Origin: Candidatus Kerfeldbacteria bacterium
Lineage (GTDB): Bacteria; Patescibacteriota; Patescibacteriia; UBA9570; XYC2-FULL-38-9
DNA: 64,000 nt
Reading direction: 5' to 3'
Assembly (NCBI GenBank): GCA_043813585.1
Contig: JBDRKW010000020.1
Location: 193,185 to 257,184, forward strand
The position numbers were made by a program, and so were the translations under genes. Shown here piece by piece: positions 51,469 to 61,820 of the stretch (positions are counted from its first letter, which is position 1; every line of letters begins with the position of its first letter). Below the pieces are notes generated by a model, which was given only the letters and a program-made list of their open reading frames with translations, did not search any database and was not told where the DNA came from.

Positions 51469-53746
51469 AAAACTTCGCTTTCCTTAGGCGCAAAGAATTT
51501 GATAGCACAGAAACAGAACTGAACGCCATCGCCATTCCGGCAAAAACCGGATTCAACATGATTCCGAAAAATGGGTAAAACAGGCCTGCAGCCAGCGGAA
51601 TACCGATCACATTATAGATGAACGCCCAGAATAAATTCTGCTTGATAATGCGCAGTGTTCGCTTTGACAATTGCAGCGCCTGCACGACTTTGCGGATATC
51701 CCCATGAAGAATCGTTATATCAGCGCTCTCTATGGCTACATCAGTGCCCGTACTCATAGCTATTCCGACATCTGCCTGGGCCAACGCCGGCGCATCGTTA
51801 ATGCCGTCACCGACCATTGCAACGACACGTCCCTCCTTTTGAAGATCCTGAATATTCTTTGCTTTGTCTTCCGGCCGCACCTCGGCAAGCACTTTTTCAA
51901 TACCCAGCTGGCTTGCTATTGCCTTGGCCGTCGCTTCGTTGTCGCCCGTTATCATGACGACGTCAATACTGTATTTCTTCAGACGTTCTACTCCTTCCAC
52001 AGATTCTTCCTTTACAACATCCGCTAAAGCTAATATCCCAACATGACTTTTCCCGCGAGCAACATGGATGACGGTCTTGCCATCATTTTGGAGCGGCCCG
52101 ACGCGCTCCAATAACGCATTATTCAATTCAATAGATTCTTGCTCGAGCAATGACGCGCTGCCAACAAACCATTGTTCGTTACTGATGGTTGCTTTTATGC
52201 CAGCTCCCGCAACTTCTACCGCATCTGTGACTTCGAGGATGGGACAACTGTTGTCATACGCGCTTCGGACAACTGCCGCGCCGAGCGGATGCAAAGACAA
52301 CTGCTCCACGCTTGCAGCATATTGCAGCAGGCTGGTATCGTCCAAATCGGCTCCTTCGGCAACAATCCGGTCGGTGACTTTCGGCTTACCCTGTGTAAGC
52401 GTCCCTGTTTTATCGAACACGACAGTGTTGACCGCGTGCGCCCGTTCCAGACTTTCAGCATTTTTTATCAACAATCCATTGCGGGCAGCCGTACCGGTAG
52501 AAACGATAATCGCCGTCGGCGTAGCCAGGCCAAGCGCGCATGGACATGCAATTACGAGCACGCCAACAAGCGCCGACACTGCGAACGGCAGCGCGCTTTC
52601 AAAACCCAAATAATGGCTTCCAACCGTCAACCACAAAACAACAGAAACGACGGCAATGATAAGAACTGCAGGAACAAAATACGCCGCTATTAAATCCGCA
52701 AACCTCTGAATGGGTGCTTTCGATCCCTGCGCATCCTGCACCATACGAATGATCTGGGCCAACACTGTATCCGCTCCCACTGCCGTGGTCTTCACGCTAA
52801 TTACGGCTTCAGTGTTTACGGTGGCGCCAATAACAACGTCCCCGACAGCGCGCTTCACCGGAAGGCTTTCGCCGGTTACCATCGACTCATCAATGTGCGA
52901 CGTCCCTTCAACAACTTCGCCGTCTACCGGCACCTTCTCCCCAACCTTCACAACACACACATCGCCCGGCTTCACCTCGTCAATAGGTATATCAACCAGC
53001 TCATCGCCGCGCTTCACATGCGCAACACGCGCCTGCAGCTTCATCAGCGCTTCAATGGCCTCGCCGGTTTTCAATTTGGAACGAACTTCCAAATACTTGC
53101 CGAACAGCACGAATCCAATGACCACAATGACGGCATCAAAGTAAACGGCTTCCGATAGTCCGTATTGTTCGTGCAATTCCGGGAAGAGCAGCACTGCCGT
53201 ACTGTAGAGATAGGCAACCGTCATGCCGATTCCAACCAACGAATTCATATCCGCACTTCCATGCCTGATAAACCGCCAGGCTCCCGCGAAGAACCTCCAG
53301 CCCGAATACGCAAGCACGCCTGTAGCGACAACAAACTGTACGCCATTCAAAATGCGTTCAGGAATGAAAAATTCCAGCCCAAACGCGCGGAACAGTATTT
53401 GCGCAATCATCAGGATAAAAACAATCACTGCCGCAACAAATGCAGGAACTGCTTTTGACCGTAGTTTCGACGCTTCCTGCTCGCGCTCTGTTTTAAGCGA
53501 TGGCACTGCACCCTCCTCCTTCTTTTCCTCTAATTCATGGAACACATATCCATGCGCGGCCAACGCGTTGTTCACCTGTCCAACGCTCACCTGCTCCGGG
53601 TCGTACGCCATTGACGCCGTTTCAGTGGCAACATTCACCGCAATCGAATCGATGCCGTCAATTTTACCGAGGATACGTTCGATAATCGCAGCACAAGAAG
53701 CGCAGGTAATGCCTGTGACGCGAAATTGTTGTTTTGTTGAACTCAT
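51467..53746 (-). CDS. copA: copper-translocating P1B-type ATPase
   Basis: N-terminal HMA 'GITCASCAA', 'CPC' in TM6 '[12 protein letters not shown]', 'DKTGTLT', 'GDGINDAP'. Confidence 0.93.
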   Translation of the reverse strand: MSSTKQQFRVTGITCASCAAIIERILGKIDGIDSIAVNVATETASMAYDPEQVSVGQVNNALAAHGYVFHELEEKKEEGAVPSLKTEREQEASKLRSKAVPAFVAAVIVFILMIAQILFRAFGLEFFIPERILNGVQFVVATGVLAYSGWRFFAGAWRFIRHGSADMNSLVGIGMTVAYLYSTAVLLFPELHEQYGLSEAVYFDAVIVVIGFVLFGKYLEVRSKLKTGEAIEALMKLQARVAHVKRGDELVDIPIDEVKPGDVCVVKVGEKVPVDGEVVEGTSHIDESMVTGESLPVKRAVGDVVIGATVNTEAVISVKTTAVGADTVLAQIIRMVQDAQGSKAPIQRFADLIAAYFVPAVLIIAVVSVVLWLTVGSHYLGFESALPFAVSALVGVLVIACPCALGLATPTAIIVSTGTAARNGLLIKNAESLERAHAVNTVVFDKTGTLTQGKPKVTDRIVAEGADLDDTSLLQYAASVEQLSLHPLGAAVVRSAYDNSCPILEVTDAVEVAGAGIKATISNEQWFVGSASLLEQESIELNNALLERVGPLQNDGKTVIHVARGKSHVGILALADVVKEESVEGVERLKKYSIDVVMITGDNEATAKAIASQLGIEKVLAEVRPEDKAKNIQDLQKEGRVVAMVGDGINDAPALAQADVGIAMSTGTDVAIESADITILHGDIRKVVQALQLSKRTLRIIKQNLFWAFIYNVIGIPLAAGLFYPFFGIMLNPVFAGMAMAFSSVSVLSNSLRLRKAKF

Positions 53747-53961
53747 ATAACTTCGGTTGACTCGACCGCGTACTTCCCACTCTTCTCAACAACGGCTCTC
53801 ACCGCATCCACCTGGTCTTCTTCCAGCTTGATCTTCATCTTTCCATCTTTAAATGACAACGATTCGGGTGCAGGCAACTTTGCCTCTTCCAAATCCATCG
53901 TAATCAGGCTTGCACAGGAATGACAATCCATCCCTGTAATTGTAAAGAGATACGTTTTCAT
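53743..53961 (-). CDS. copZ: copper chaperone CopZ (HMA domain)
   Basis: 72 aa '[20 protein letters not shown]'; the ORF-track N-terminal extension lacks homology and overlaps, so it was trimmed. Confidence 0.8.
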   Translation of the reverse strand: MKTYLFTITGMDCHSCASLITMDLEEAKLPAPESLSFKDGKMKIKLEEDQVDAVRAVVEKSGKYAVESTEVI

Positions 53962-54016
53962 AATTGTACTGTTAATTAATGATATTAGAGCATGTTTAAG
54001 AACGATTGTCACACTA

Positions 54017-55366
54017 TTATTCAACAACCGTGAATTCGCCATACGCCATACCCATGCCGCAGGTAAATGACAGCGTTCCTTTTTTCTCCGCCGTGAATTC
54101 GATGATCGTATCGCCGGATCGGGACAATGACTTCGTGATTCCAAGCGATGGAATCGTCAGCACGGACGTACAGCCGTTTGCGTTGGAGCCGTCAACTACC
54201 CATTGCACCGGTACACCTTTTTTAATGGTGATAGCATCCGGCACATAGTACAGGCCATCAACAGCCATATTTACCACCTGCGCGCTGTCTTGAACCTCCG
54301 AAGCCACTGCTGAGCCCGTCTCGCTGCCAGATGTAAACAGCCGCACCGGATTCACTCCCAGTAAATTCATGGCATTCTTCACGTTGTACAACCCAAGCAG
54401 CAACACAATAGAACCTGCGATCAGCATAAACCACCGGTACACGGCACCGCGCGTCGAAGTAAAGCTGGCGATCGCCCCTATGCCAATCAGCGCCGGGATT
54501 GTTCCAAGCGCGAACACCATCATCGTCATCGCTCCTTGGAAGAAGTTTCCGGTCGTGAGCGCGTACAGCTGCATGGATTGTGTAAATCCGCAAGGAAGGA
54601 AGAACGTCATTGCGCCGAGTGCAAACGGTATCCACCACTCCTGTCGCTCTGCCATGTCATGAATCCAATGGCTCACTCGCTTTGGCATCTTTGGAATCCA
54701 CTTCTTCGATCCAGATAAGCCAAGAAGATCCAACGCCAGAACGATCATCACCAGCGCCGCACCCAGCGAAATCAAACCCATGATTCGCGGAGACGGTGCA
54801 AGAACCGATCCAATCACTGCCACTAATCCACCGAGAAAGAAGTACGAAATGATTCGTCCGCCGTTAAAGAACAGATGCGCCCGCAACAGCTGCAATTTGG
54901 ACGCGCCAGGGTTGGACCGCTTCACTGTCGCTGTAAAAGTCAAAACCAGTCCGCCGACAACGGCAATGCAGGAAGAAACCGATGCAATCAAACCAACTAC
55001 AAAGATCGCAGGGTACGTGAGCGTTTCATCAACTGCTGCATTTAAGTCAAACAACCCAAATGCCGATACCAATACATACAGCACAATAAGCGTTATAACG
55101 ATCTTCACAAGGTGCCGCCAGTTGAACGGGCGCCGATTTGCATCCTCTTCGTCAATTACGCAATAATCTGTATCCTGCAGAAGCTCTTCTACGTCTTTAC
55201 GCTGCAACCGCGTTCCGGATGTCGTTGTTACCGTGCACGTACCGTCTCTATTACATACTTCTACGCGTTCCAATCCTTCAACCGGCTTGAACTTGCGTTC
55301 GATGACGGTTTCGCAACTGGTACATGTCATTCCATCGATATGGAATATTTGCGTCTTATTTGCCAT
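54017..55366 (-). CDS. HMA domain - DsbD_2/TauE-like permease - cupredoxin-like fusion membrane protein
   Basis: N-terminal 'HIDGMTCTSCE' HMA; 6-8 TM core with conserved Cys 'SVSSCIAVVGG' and 'FFLPCGFTQS'; C-terminal beta-sandwich 'GVPVQWVVDGSNANGCTSV...FTCGMGMAYGEF' with Cys/Met/His candidate Cu ligands. Confidence 0.6.
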   Translation of the reverse strand: MANKTQIFHIDGMTCTSCETVIERKFKPVEGLERVEVCNRDGTCTVTTTSGTRLQRKDVEELLQDTDYCVIDEEDANRRPFNWRHLVKIVITLIVLYVLVSAFGLFDLNAAVDETLTYPAIFVVGLIASVSSCIAVVGGLVLTFTATVKRSNPGASKLQLLRAHLFFNGGRIISYFFLGGLVAVIGSVLAPSPRIMGLISLGAALVMIVLALDLLGLSGSKKWIPKMPKRVSHWIHDMAERQEWWIPFALGAMTFFLPCGFTQSMQLYALTTGNFFQGAMTMMVFALGTIPALIGIGAIASFTSTRGAVYRWFMLIAGSIVLLLGLYNVKNAMNLLGVNPVRLFTSGSETGSAVASEVQDSAQVVNMAVDGLYYVPDAITIKKGVPVQWVVDGSNANGCTSVLTIPSLGITKSLSRSGDTIIEFTAEKKGTLSFTCGMGMAYGEFTVVE

Positions 55367-55415
55367 AGATTAAAAAACGTTATTTGTTAAATGCGCCTAA
55401 AAAACAAACAACGCC

Positions 55416-55796
55416 TTACTCGATCAGACGTACGGTTTCAAAATGATAGAGCGGCGGATACCACTCCTTTTGATGTATGTACAACTCAAGTTTCCGGAAC
55501 TCGAAAACAACTATAATGCTTGCCGCAACAGCAAGCAGAAACGTAACAAGATTGAGGATCATTTCCTGGCCACCAGGAACAGTCGCAGACGCAAGGCAGT
55601 GCTCCAGGCAATCAAAATCAATGCCCATAATGCACGTAACTCCTTCGCAGCCATCCATCTGTATGGCCGGCATCATCTGCATATTTCCATGATGAAACCC
55701 AGGAACCAGCTGAAAAAAGCCGGAAACCGTGACAAAAATGATAAACAGCAGTGCTGCAACATATTTCATATCCGCCAGTGTATCACAATCACTCAT
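55416..55796 (-). CDS. small Cys/His-rich membrane protein (possible metal-binding)
   Basis: 126 aa, 2-3 TM, 'MDGCEGVTCIMGIDFDCLEHCLAS'. Confidence 0.35.
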   Translation of the reverse strand: MSDCDTLADMKYVAALLFIIFVTVSGFFQLVPGFHHGNMQMMPAIQMDGCEGVTCIMGIDFDCLEHCLASATVPGGQEMILNLVTFLLAVAASIIVVFEFRKLELYIHQKEWYPPLYHFETVRLIE

Positions 55797-55850
55797 TTAA
55801 TCCACTCTATCATTGACAGCAGGCCGTTCTTCCGTTATACTCCGCCGGTT

Positions 55851-57650
55851 ATGGATTTCAGAAATATAGCTATAATCGCCCACGTTGACCACGGCAAAAC
55901 GACGCTCGTTGATGCCATGTTTGCGCAATCTCAAACCTTTTCCGCACGCGAAGCGGTAGTGGAACGGGTCATGGACAGCAACGACCTGGAAAAAGAACGC
56001 GGCATCACCATTTACGCAAAGAATGCCGCTATTACGATTGGCGACGCTAAGGTCAATATTGTCGACACGCCCGGGCATGCTGATTTCGGTTCGGAAGTGG
56101 AACGCGTGCTGCGGATGGTGGATTCGGTGCTACTGCTGGTTGACGCCTACGAAGGGCCGATGCCGCAAACGCGGTTTGTCCTGCGCAAGTCACTGGAATT
56201 GGGCTTAAAACCCATTGTGGTAATCAATAAAATTGACAAACCGTCCGCGCGTCCCGATTCGGTGGTTAACATGATATTTGACCTGTTCGTCGAGCTCGGC
56301 GCGAGCGATGAACAGCTGGATTTTACATACATCTTTACGAATGCAAAAAAAGGCATTGCAAAAAACAGCCTAAAGGATGAGAACACGGATTTGAAGCCGT
56401 TGTTTGACGTCATTATGAACAAAGTCGCGCCTTCGAAAAGCGATGTCAATGCGCCAATGCGCATGCAGTCGGTCAACCTGGAATACGATGCTTTTGTCGG
56501 CCGCATGGCATCGGGCCGCATCTATGAAGGAACGGTAAAAGTTGGCATGCCCGTCACGGTTGTGAAGTTGGACGGCACGCGCGAAAAACATAAAATCACC
56601 AAGCTGCTGACGACCCGCGGGTTAACAAAAGTAGATGTGGATGAAGCGGTCGCCGGCGACATCGTATCCGTTGCAGGCATTGCAGATATTAATGTTGGTG
56701 AAACGATTGCCGAGGAGGAAAACGCTGAAGCGCTTCCCGCAATTTCGATCGACCCGCCGACGCTGACCATGAACTTCCTCGTGAACAATTCACCGTTTGC
56801 GGGCACGGAAGGAACGCTGGTGACCACGCGCCAAATCCGAGAACGCCTGGAGCGGGAGCTTGAGACAAATGTCGGGCTCCACATAGAATTTTTGGAAAAC
56901 GCCGATACGTTCAAGGTCAGCGGCCGCGGCGAAATGCACTTGTCCATTTTAATCGAAACCATGCGCCGCGAAGGATATGAACTGCAGGTAAGCCAGCCGC
57001 AGGTCATAGTAATAGAGAAAGACGGCAAGAAACAGGAGCCGTATGAAAATGTCATTATTGACGTGCCGGACGGTTTTTCCGGAGCTGTTATCGAATCGCT
57101 CGGCAAACGGCAGGGAGAACTAAAGGCAATCAGCAGCGAGAATGGTTCAACGCGCCTGGAATATGTGATTCCGACACGCGGCCTGCTCGGGTATAAGCAG
57201 GAATTCACCACCGCAACAAAAGGCGAAGGGACCATGTCGCATGTGTTTGCAGAATACGGACCGTGCAAAGGCGATATTGAAAGCCGTGTCACCGGGTCGC
57301 TTATTTGCGGCAACGCCGGCACCACAACGGGTTTTTCATTGAGCAACATCCAAAAACGCGGCGCGCTGTTTGTTGGACCGGGCGAAAAGGTTTACGAAGG
57401 TATGGTCCTGGGCATCAGCGCAAAAGAATCAATGGTCGTTAATCCGACGAAGGGAAAACAACTCTCCAACATGCGTTCTTCCGGAGCCGACGAAGCGATC
57501 ATCCTTACTCCCCCGCTTGATATGGATCTGGAAAAAGCGCTGGAATACATCGACGATGATGAATACGTTGAAGTGACGCCGAAAAACATCCGCATCCGCA
57601 AACAACATCTGACCAAGCTCGAACGAAAAAGGCACGGCGACAGAGCGTAA
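55851..57650 (+). CDS. typA: translational GTPase TypA/BipA
   Basis: '[16 protein letters not shown]', 'DTPGHADF', 'NKIDK' G-motifs, EF-G-like domains; start at MDFRNIAII, since the 136-aa upstream ORF-track extension is antisense overlap. Confidence 0.93.
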   Translation: MDFRNIAIIAHVDHGKTTLVDAMFAQSQTFSAREAVVERVMDSNDLEKERGITIYAKNAAITIGDAKVNIVDTPGHADFGSEVERVLRMVDSVLLLVDAYEGPMPQTRFVLRKSLELGLKPIVVINKIDKPSARPDSVVNMIFDLFVELGASDEQLDFTYIFTNAKKGIAKNSLKDENTDLKPLFDVIMNKVAPSKSDVNAPMRMQSVNLEYDAFVGRMASGRIYEGTVKVGMPVTVVKLDGTREKHKITKLLTTRGLTKVDVDEAVAGDIVSVAGIADINVGETIAEEENAEALPAISIDPPTLTMNFLVNNSPFAGTEGTLVTTRQIRERLERELETNVGLHIEFLENADTFKVSGRGEMHLSILIETMRREGYELQVSQPQVIVIEKDGKKQEPYENVIIDVPDGFSGAVIESLGKRQGELKAISSENGSTRLEYVIPTRGLLGYKQEFTTATKGEGTMSHVFAEYGPCKGDIESRVTGSLICGNAGTTTGFSLSNIQKRGALFVGPGEKVYEGMVLGISAKESMVVNPTKGKQLSNMRSSGADEAIILTPPLDMDLEKALEYIDDDEYVEVTPKNIRIRKQHLTKLERKRHGDRA

Positions 57651-57787
57651 GCAGCTGAGGACAACCGAATTCACGGTATTTCGGAAGTATTGATGCATTT
57701 GAAATGCTTCTGCATATTTGATAGAAATTATGCTATAGTATGAGTCGGCGATTCAAATGTTAGCCCTGTAATCCGAAAATCCTGTAA

Positions 57788-58804
57788 ATGAAAATCAGCC
57801 GCTTCAATAAATTCTCACTCTTTTTTCTGGCGACACTTATCGTCATTTTGATACTGGTAAAATTTTCAGAGCTTGAAGAAATAATCAAACTAGTCAGGCA
57901 AACCAACTGGCTGTTCATAGGAATCGCCATTTTTTTCCAGTCGCTGACCTACTTCGCCCTGGCGGGCCTGTACAAGGCCGTGCTAAAAATCCTGCAACAC
58001 AGCATTTCTTTCAAAAAACTCAGCAAGCTTGCCGTTGCATCCACGTTCCTGAACCAGATGCTGCCATCAGCCGGTTTGGTCAGCCTGACGCTGATCACAA
58101 GCAGCCTGAAAAAAGAAAAAATCGACAAAAGCGAAAGCACGCTGACGGCCGTGGTGGGTTTTATTCTGATAGGTTCGATTTATCTCTGCTGCCTGATCGT
58201 CAGTATAACCTACCTTCTTCTTTACATCGAAATAAATAAAACGGAAGCTCTTGTGCTGGCAGCCATACTGGTGCTCACGATCGTAATCATTTTCTGCCTG
58301 GTGTACCTGCTGCGGCACAAAAAAACATTCTATGCGCTCGCCGGGCTCCTATCCCGGATTGTAAACAGGGTTGCTCGGATCTTCAATAACGGTGAGTATA
58401 TACGGGAACAGGAAATTATTTTTTTTGTTGATGGATTTTTCCTCGGCATTCAGACAATCACGAAAAATAAGAAGCGCCTGATAGTCCCCTGTATTCTGGC
58501 GGCCCTATTTTTCTTCAGCGATATATTTACCATTTTCTTCATCTTCCTGTCCTTTGGTCTGCAGCTCAATCTGGGAATCATCATAATCGGTTCCGTTCTT
58601 GCTGACGCGCTCGGCTTTGCAGTCGCTGTTCCCACCAGCCTTGGAGTTTTCGAGGTCTCGATGGCGGGTATTTACAGCACCCTTGGCGTTCCGCTTGCAT
58701 CTGCCGTGTTCGCGACCCTGATGTATCGAGCCGTCTCTTTCTGGCTCCCAATCCCGATCGGGTTTCTGTTTTATCGCAATCTGATCAAGGAAAAAAAGAA
58801 ATAA
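57788..58804 (+). CDS. flippase-like / lysylphosphatidylglycerol-synthase TM-region (UPF0104) protein
   Basis: 338 aa, 8 TM, family typically paired with glycolipid glycosyltransferases. Confidence 0.7.
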   Translation: MKISRFNKFSLFFLATLIVILILVKFSELEEIIKLVRQTNWLFIGIAIFFQSLTYFALAGLYKAVLKILQHSISFKKLSKLAVASTFLNQMLPSAGLVSLTLITSSLKKEKIDKSESTLTAVVGFILIGSIYLCCLIVSITYLLLYIEINKTEALVLAAILVLTIVIIFCLVYLLRHKKTFYALAGLLSRIVNRVARIFNNGEYIREQEIIFFVDGFFLGIQTITKNKKRLIVPCILAALFFFSDIFTIFFIFLSFGLQLNLGIIIIGSVLADALGFAVAVPTSLGVFEVSMAGIYSTLGVPLASAVFATLMYRAVSFWLPIPIGFLFYRNLIKEKKK

Positions 58805-59995
58805 TCATGAAACGTCTTCGGCCGCGTCGCCGGACTGTTTTTTATTGCGCATTGCCTCTTCATACAGCCCCGCCAGTTTTTTGGCCTGACGGTCTATTCC
58901 TGATTCTACAGCCACGCTCCTGGATCTGAGAGAAAAATCATTGTAACGGTCCTGGTCAGCCAGAAGTTCGTTCACTCGTTCCGCAAACAACTGCGGGTCT
59001 TCCTGATGAACGATGAACCCATTCCTGCCGTCCTCAACCGCATCGGTCAGGCCGTCGTCAGAAAGCATCACGACCGGCAGACCGCTCGCACATGCTTCCA
59101 GCAGCACTAGGCCCTGCGTGTCAGTCCGGGAAGCAAATACGAAGCAATCAGCGTCAGTATAAGCATGTTGCAGCCGCTTCCCACGAAGGAAACCGGTAAA
59201 TAAGACCTGGCGATGCAATTTCAATTGGCGTGTCAGCGATATTAACTGTTTCTTATATTTTCCCTCACCGACAATAGCCAGGACGGCGTCAGGCTGCAAC
59301 TGACGCAACTCCTGCATCATGCGTATGAGGAATTGGACATTTTTTTCACTTCCCAGCCGCCCCACAAAAAGGAGAATTTTTTTATTGCCGAGAAAATAGC
59401 GTCGTCGGAAATAGCCCGACTTCATCCCATCATAATCCTGCAACTTTACTCCGGTGGGCAATACGACAATCCTTTTTCTCACGCCTTCCTGCTCAATAAT
59501 GGTCTGGAATTTCTGCGAAGGAGAAATCACCAGGTCAGCCTGGTTGGCTATGAAGCTGCAATACCGCTTGGTCGCTTTCGGCGTGATAATTCTTCCCTTC
59601 AGCGTATAATGGCGTATGTATTCCGAATAATAGGTATGGTACGTCATGATGACCGGTTTGTTTTCTATCCGCCCCGTCATCGCACCGAGCGCGCCAAGTG
59701 AAAACGGCGTATGCGAATGAATGACATCGAGTTGGAGCTTAGAAATATGGTAATAATTCCGGAAAGAAAACGGAATTGCCAGCGGATACCCCGGCACAAG
59801 CAGTGACCGGACAGAATGGAACTGGTAAACCCTGTCGGCAACATCCGCAGCCAGCTTGGTCAGGAAAAAAGCCGACGGCGCGAAGATAAACACTTCATGC
59901 CCTCGTTTTTCCAGCGCTTCCTTATACAAATCAATGGAGCGCACGACGCCGTTGATATTTGGCTTGTAGGTGTCTGTGAAAAAACCGATTTTCAT
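58805..59995 (-). CDS. GT4 family glycosyltransferase (GT-B)
   Basis: 'MKIGFFTDTYKPNINGV' N-terminal, C-terminal 'E..G.P..' donor-binding region. Confidence 0.85.
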   Translation of the reverse strand: MKIGFFTDTYKPNINGVVRSIDLYKEALEKRGHEVFIFAPSAFFLTKLAADVADRVYQFHSVRSLLVPGYPLAIPFSFRNYYHISKLQLDVIHSHTPFSLGALGAMTGRIENKPVIMTYHTYYSEYIRHYTLKGRIITPKATKRYCSFIANQADLVISPSQKFQTIIEQEGVRKRIVVLPTGVKLQDYDGMKSGYFRRRYFLGNKKILLFVGRLGSEKNVQFLIRMMQELRQLQPDAVLAIVGEGKYKKQLISLTRQLKLHRQVLFTGFLRGKRLQHAYTDADCFVFASRTDTQGLVLLEACASGLPVVMLSDDGLTDAVEDGRNGFIVHQEDPQLFAERVNELLADQDRYNDFSLRSRSVAVESGIDRQAKKLAGLYEEAMRNKKQSGDAAEDVS

Positions 59996-59997
59996 AT

Positions 59998-60711
59998 TCA
60001 GCGGATATCATCAAAAGATAAGGGGGGTTTATGCAGGATGAAAAATCGAACATAATTCTTTATCGTATAGCAGAGTAACTTCAACGAACCGCTTTGCAGC
60101 CGGCGTGCAGACACCTCGACGAAAATATCAGGGCAGTACGCAACCGACCCCTGCTCCTTCATCTTGCAAACCAAGTCAATATCCTCGCACGAATGAAGTG
60201 ACCTATCATATCCGCCACTGCGCCGAAACGCCTCTGACCTGAATGCCAGGTTATTGCCTGCTGCGTTGTCATTCCCAAACAGCCTACTGACACGGAGGAA
60301 CGCCGGGTATACTATGCGGCTCGAAACTCGGGCAGCCCACCCGCCATCAAAAAAATATACCGGCCCATACACGGCCGCAGCATCGGGGCGAGCAATAAAA
60401 AAATCGTTAATTTGTTCCAGCCAGTCGGGCGGCACAATGGCATCGGCGTCTGTTGAGGCGATAATTTCATGCGTAGCGGCATCGGAACCCTCCTGCCGCG
60501 CGCGCGTCACCCCTTTTTCGCCCGGAAAAATAAATTGATATGCCAGCCCTTCCCGATCCAGCAGCTGTTGAGCGACCGCCTTTGTATTGTCGTCCCCTGT
60601 TATGGCCAGGACAACTTCAAAATCTCGATACGTCTGCCGTGCAAGGGACTGCAGCGTTCTTTCTATATACTTCTCCTCATTATATGACGGAATAACAACA
60701 GAGATCTGCAT
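59998..60711 (-). CDS. GT2 family glycosyltransferase (GT-A)
   Basis: 'ISVVIPSYNEEKYI', 'DADA' DxD motif. Confidence 0.85.
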   Translation of the reverse strand: MQISVVIPSYNEEKYIERTLQSLARQTYRDFEVVLAITGDDNTKAVAQQLLDREGLAYQFIFPGEKGVTRARQEGSDAATHEIIASTDADAIVPPDWLEQINDFFIARPDAAAVYGPVYFFDGGWAARVSSRIVYPAFLRVSRLFGNDNAAGNNLAFRSEAFRRSGGYDRSLHSCEDIDLVCKMKEQGSVAYCPDIFVEVSARRLQSGSLKLLCYTIKNYVRFFILHKPPLSFDDIR

Positions 60712-61277
60712 TAGAATCGTGCAAACTTATCAAGGCGGTACAGGTAGTAGCCGCTCGCTGCTGCCGCAAAACAGACGGCCACGATAATGGCGGCATACTT
60801 GTACGGCAAATCAACCAGGTAAAAAAATCCGGCCGTATACGTTATGAGCGCTGAAATTTTCGAGGGCCACAGGCTTTCGCTGAACCATTTCTTCCACTTT
60901 GAATAGACCCACATCTGCGCAACCAGCCCCAGAATAAAAAGCCCGACAAACAGGCCTATGATCGGCAGCGGCATTCCCAACGTGCTCACGCCAAACAAAA
61001 TGATCGACAGCGTGAAAAAAGTATCCGCAACTGTTTCAATACGCTCGCCAAACTTAGATTCCATATGCCAACGTCGTGCCAGGAACCCGTCCAGCCGGTC
61101 ACTGACCAGGACAGATAGGTAAACAGCCACTAACAGCGGCAGGGAGAAACTACGAAAAATCGCTGCAATAAACAACAAACCCGCGAGAATTCGCGTGTAC
61201 GTCAGGATATTTGGAATGCTAAGATAATTTGTTTTTGATCTGTCGGCCTGCATAAACTCTATATCATCATCAGCCAA
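60711..61277 (-). CDS. CDP-alcohol phosphatidyltransferase family protein
   Basis: 'DRLDGFLARRWHMESKFGERIETVAD' = D-x2-DG-x2-AR-x8-G-x7-D signature; 188 aa, 5-6 TM. Confidence 0.7.
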   Translation of the reverse strand: MADDDIEFMQADRSKTNYLSIPNILTYTRILAGLLFIAAIFRSFSLPLLVAVYLSVLVSDRLDGFLARRWHMESKFGERIETVADTFFTLSIILFGVSTLGMPLPIIGLFVGLFILGLVAQMWVYSKWKKWFSESLWPSKISALITYTAGFFYLVDLPYKYAAIIVAVCFAAAASGYYLYRLDKFARF

Positions 61278-61345
61278 CTATAACACATCTACAAGCCTAA
61301 TATGCAACAATGAACTGAGTTCACACAGAGATCGCGAACAATCCA

Positions 61346-61669
61346 TTAATGGGGTGATGTTATCTCCGCAACTAGGAATAAAATCAACAAGGCACCAACA
61401 ATCGTTGAAAGAAAAACCAGCACCGCCCGTTCTTTCCCTTTTGTCAGCGCGACAAGTCCGGTGACAAAAGCAGCAATACCCGATCCGAAACCAGCCAGCA
61501 TGGGTAACGCTACACCAGGTCTAGCAACTATGTCCTTCAAGATCGTTTCGCCTGACGATACGCCTTCATACACGTTTACGAGCAAACTGCCGATAACAAA
61601 AAGCATCGGCATGGTAACAATAAGGCCGATTGACCATTTCCCCAGTTTTGTTATTGGAACAATGTTCAT
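61346..61669 (-). CDS. hypothetical small membrane protein
   Basis: 107 aa, 3 TM. Confidence 0.4.
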   Translation of the reverse strand: MNIVPITKLGKWSIGLIVTMPMLFVIGSLLVNVYEGVSSGETILKDIVARPGVALPMLAGFGSGIAAFVTGLVALTKGKERAVLVFLSTIVGALLILFLVAEITSPH

Positions 61670-61745
61670 AGATGTTTGTTAATTAAAGTATCTCAAATAT
61701 AACATATTCGCTGGCAGCTTGGAAAGATATTCAGTTTGTACTGAT

Positions 61746-61820
61746 TGGCAGGGGCGGCAGGATTCGAACCCGCAGTCACCGCTTTGGAGGCGGTTGGTTT
61801 AGCCGTTAACCGACGCCCCT
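61746..61820 (-). tRNA. tRNA-Trp (CCA)
   Basis: manual fold: acceptor AGGGGCG/CGCCCCT, anticodon stem ACCGC/GCGGT with loop CUCCAAA, T-loop TTCGAAT, encoded CCA. Confidence 0.85.

Noticed and set aside
53962-54144. 61-aa N-terminal extension of copZ ORF
   Set aside because: It has no HMA homology and overlaps the end of the upstream fusion protein. CopZ-like proteins are ~70 aa starting MKTYLF.
55443-55850. 136-aa N-terminal extension of the typA ORF
   Set aside because: It is antisense to the 55416-55796 membrane protein gene and has no homology. The G1 motif begins right after the Met at 55851.
56522-57349. 275-aa minus-strand ORF
   Set aside because: It is antisense inside typA, is Ser/Pro-rich and low-complexity, and is a shadow ORF.
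61346-61669. Possible SecE next to tRNA-Trp (the classic tRNA-Trp-secE-nusG arrangement)
   Set aside because: The protein has 3 TM helices but lacks the conserved SecE C-terminal amphipathic/TM signature, and there is no nusG downstream. It is left as hypothetical.
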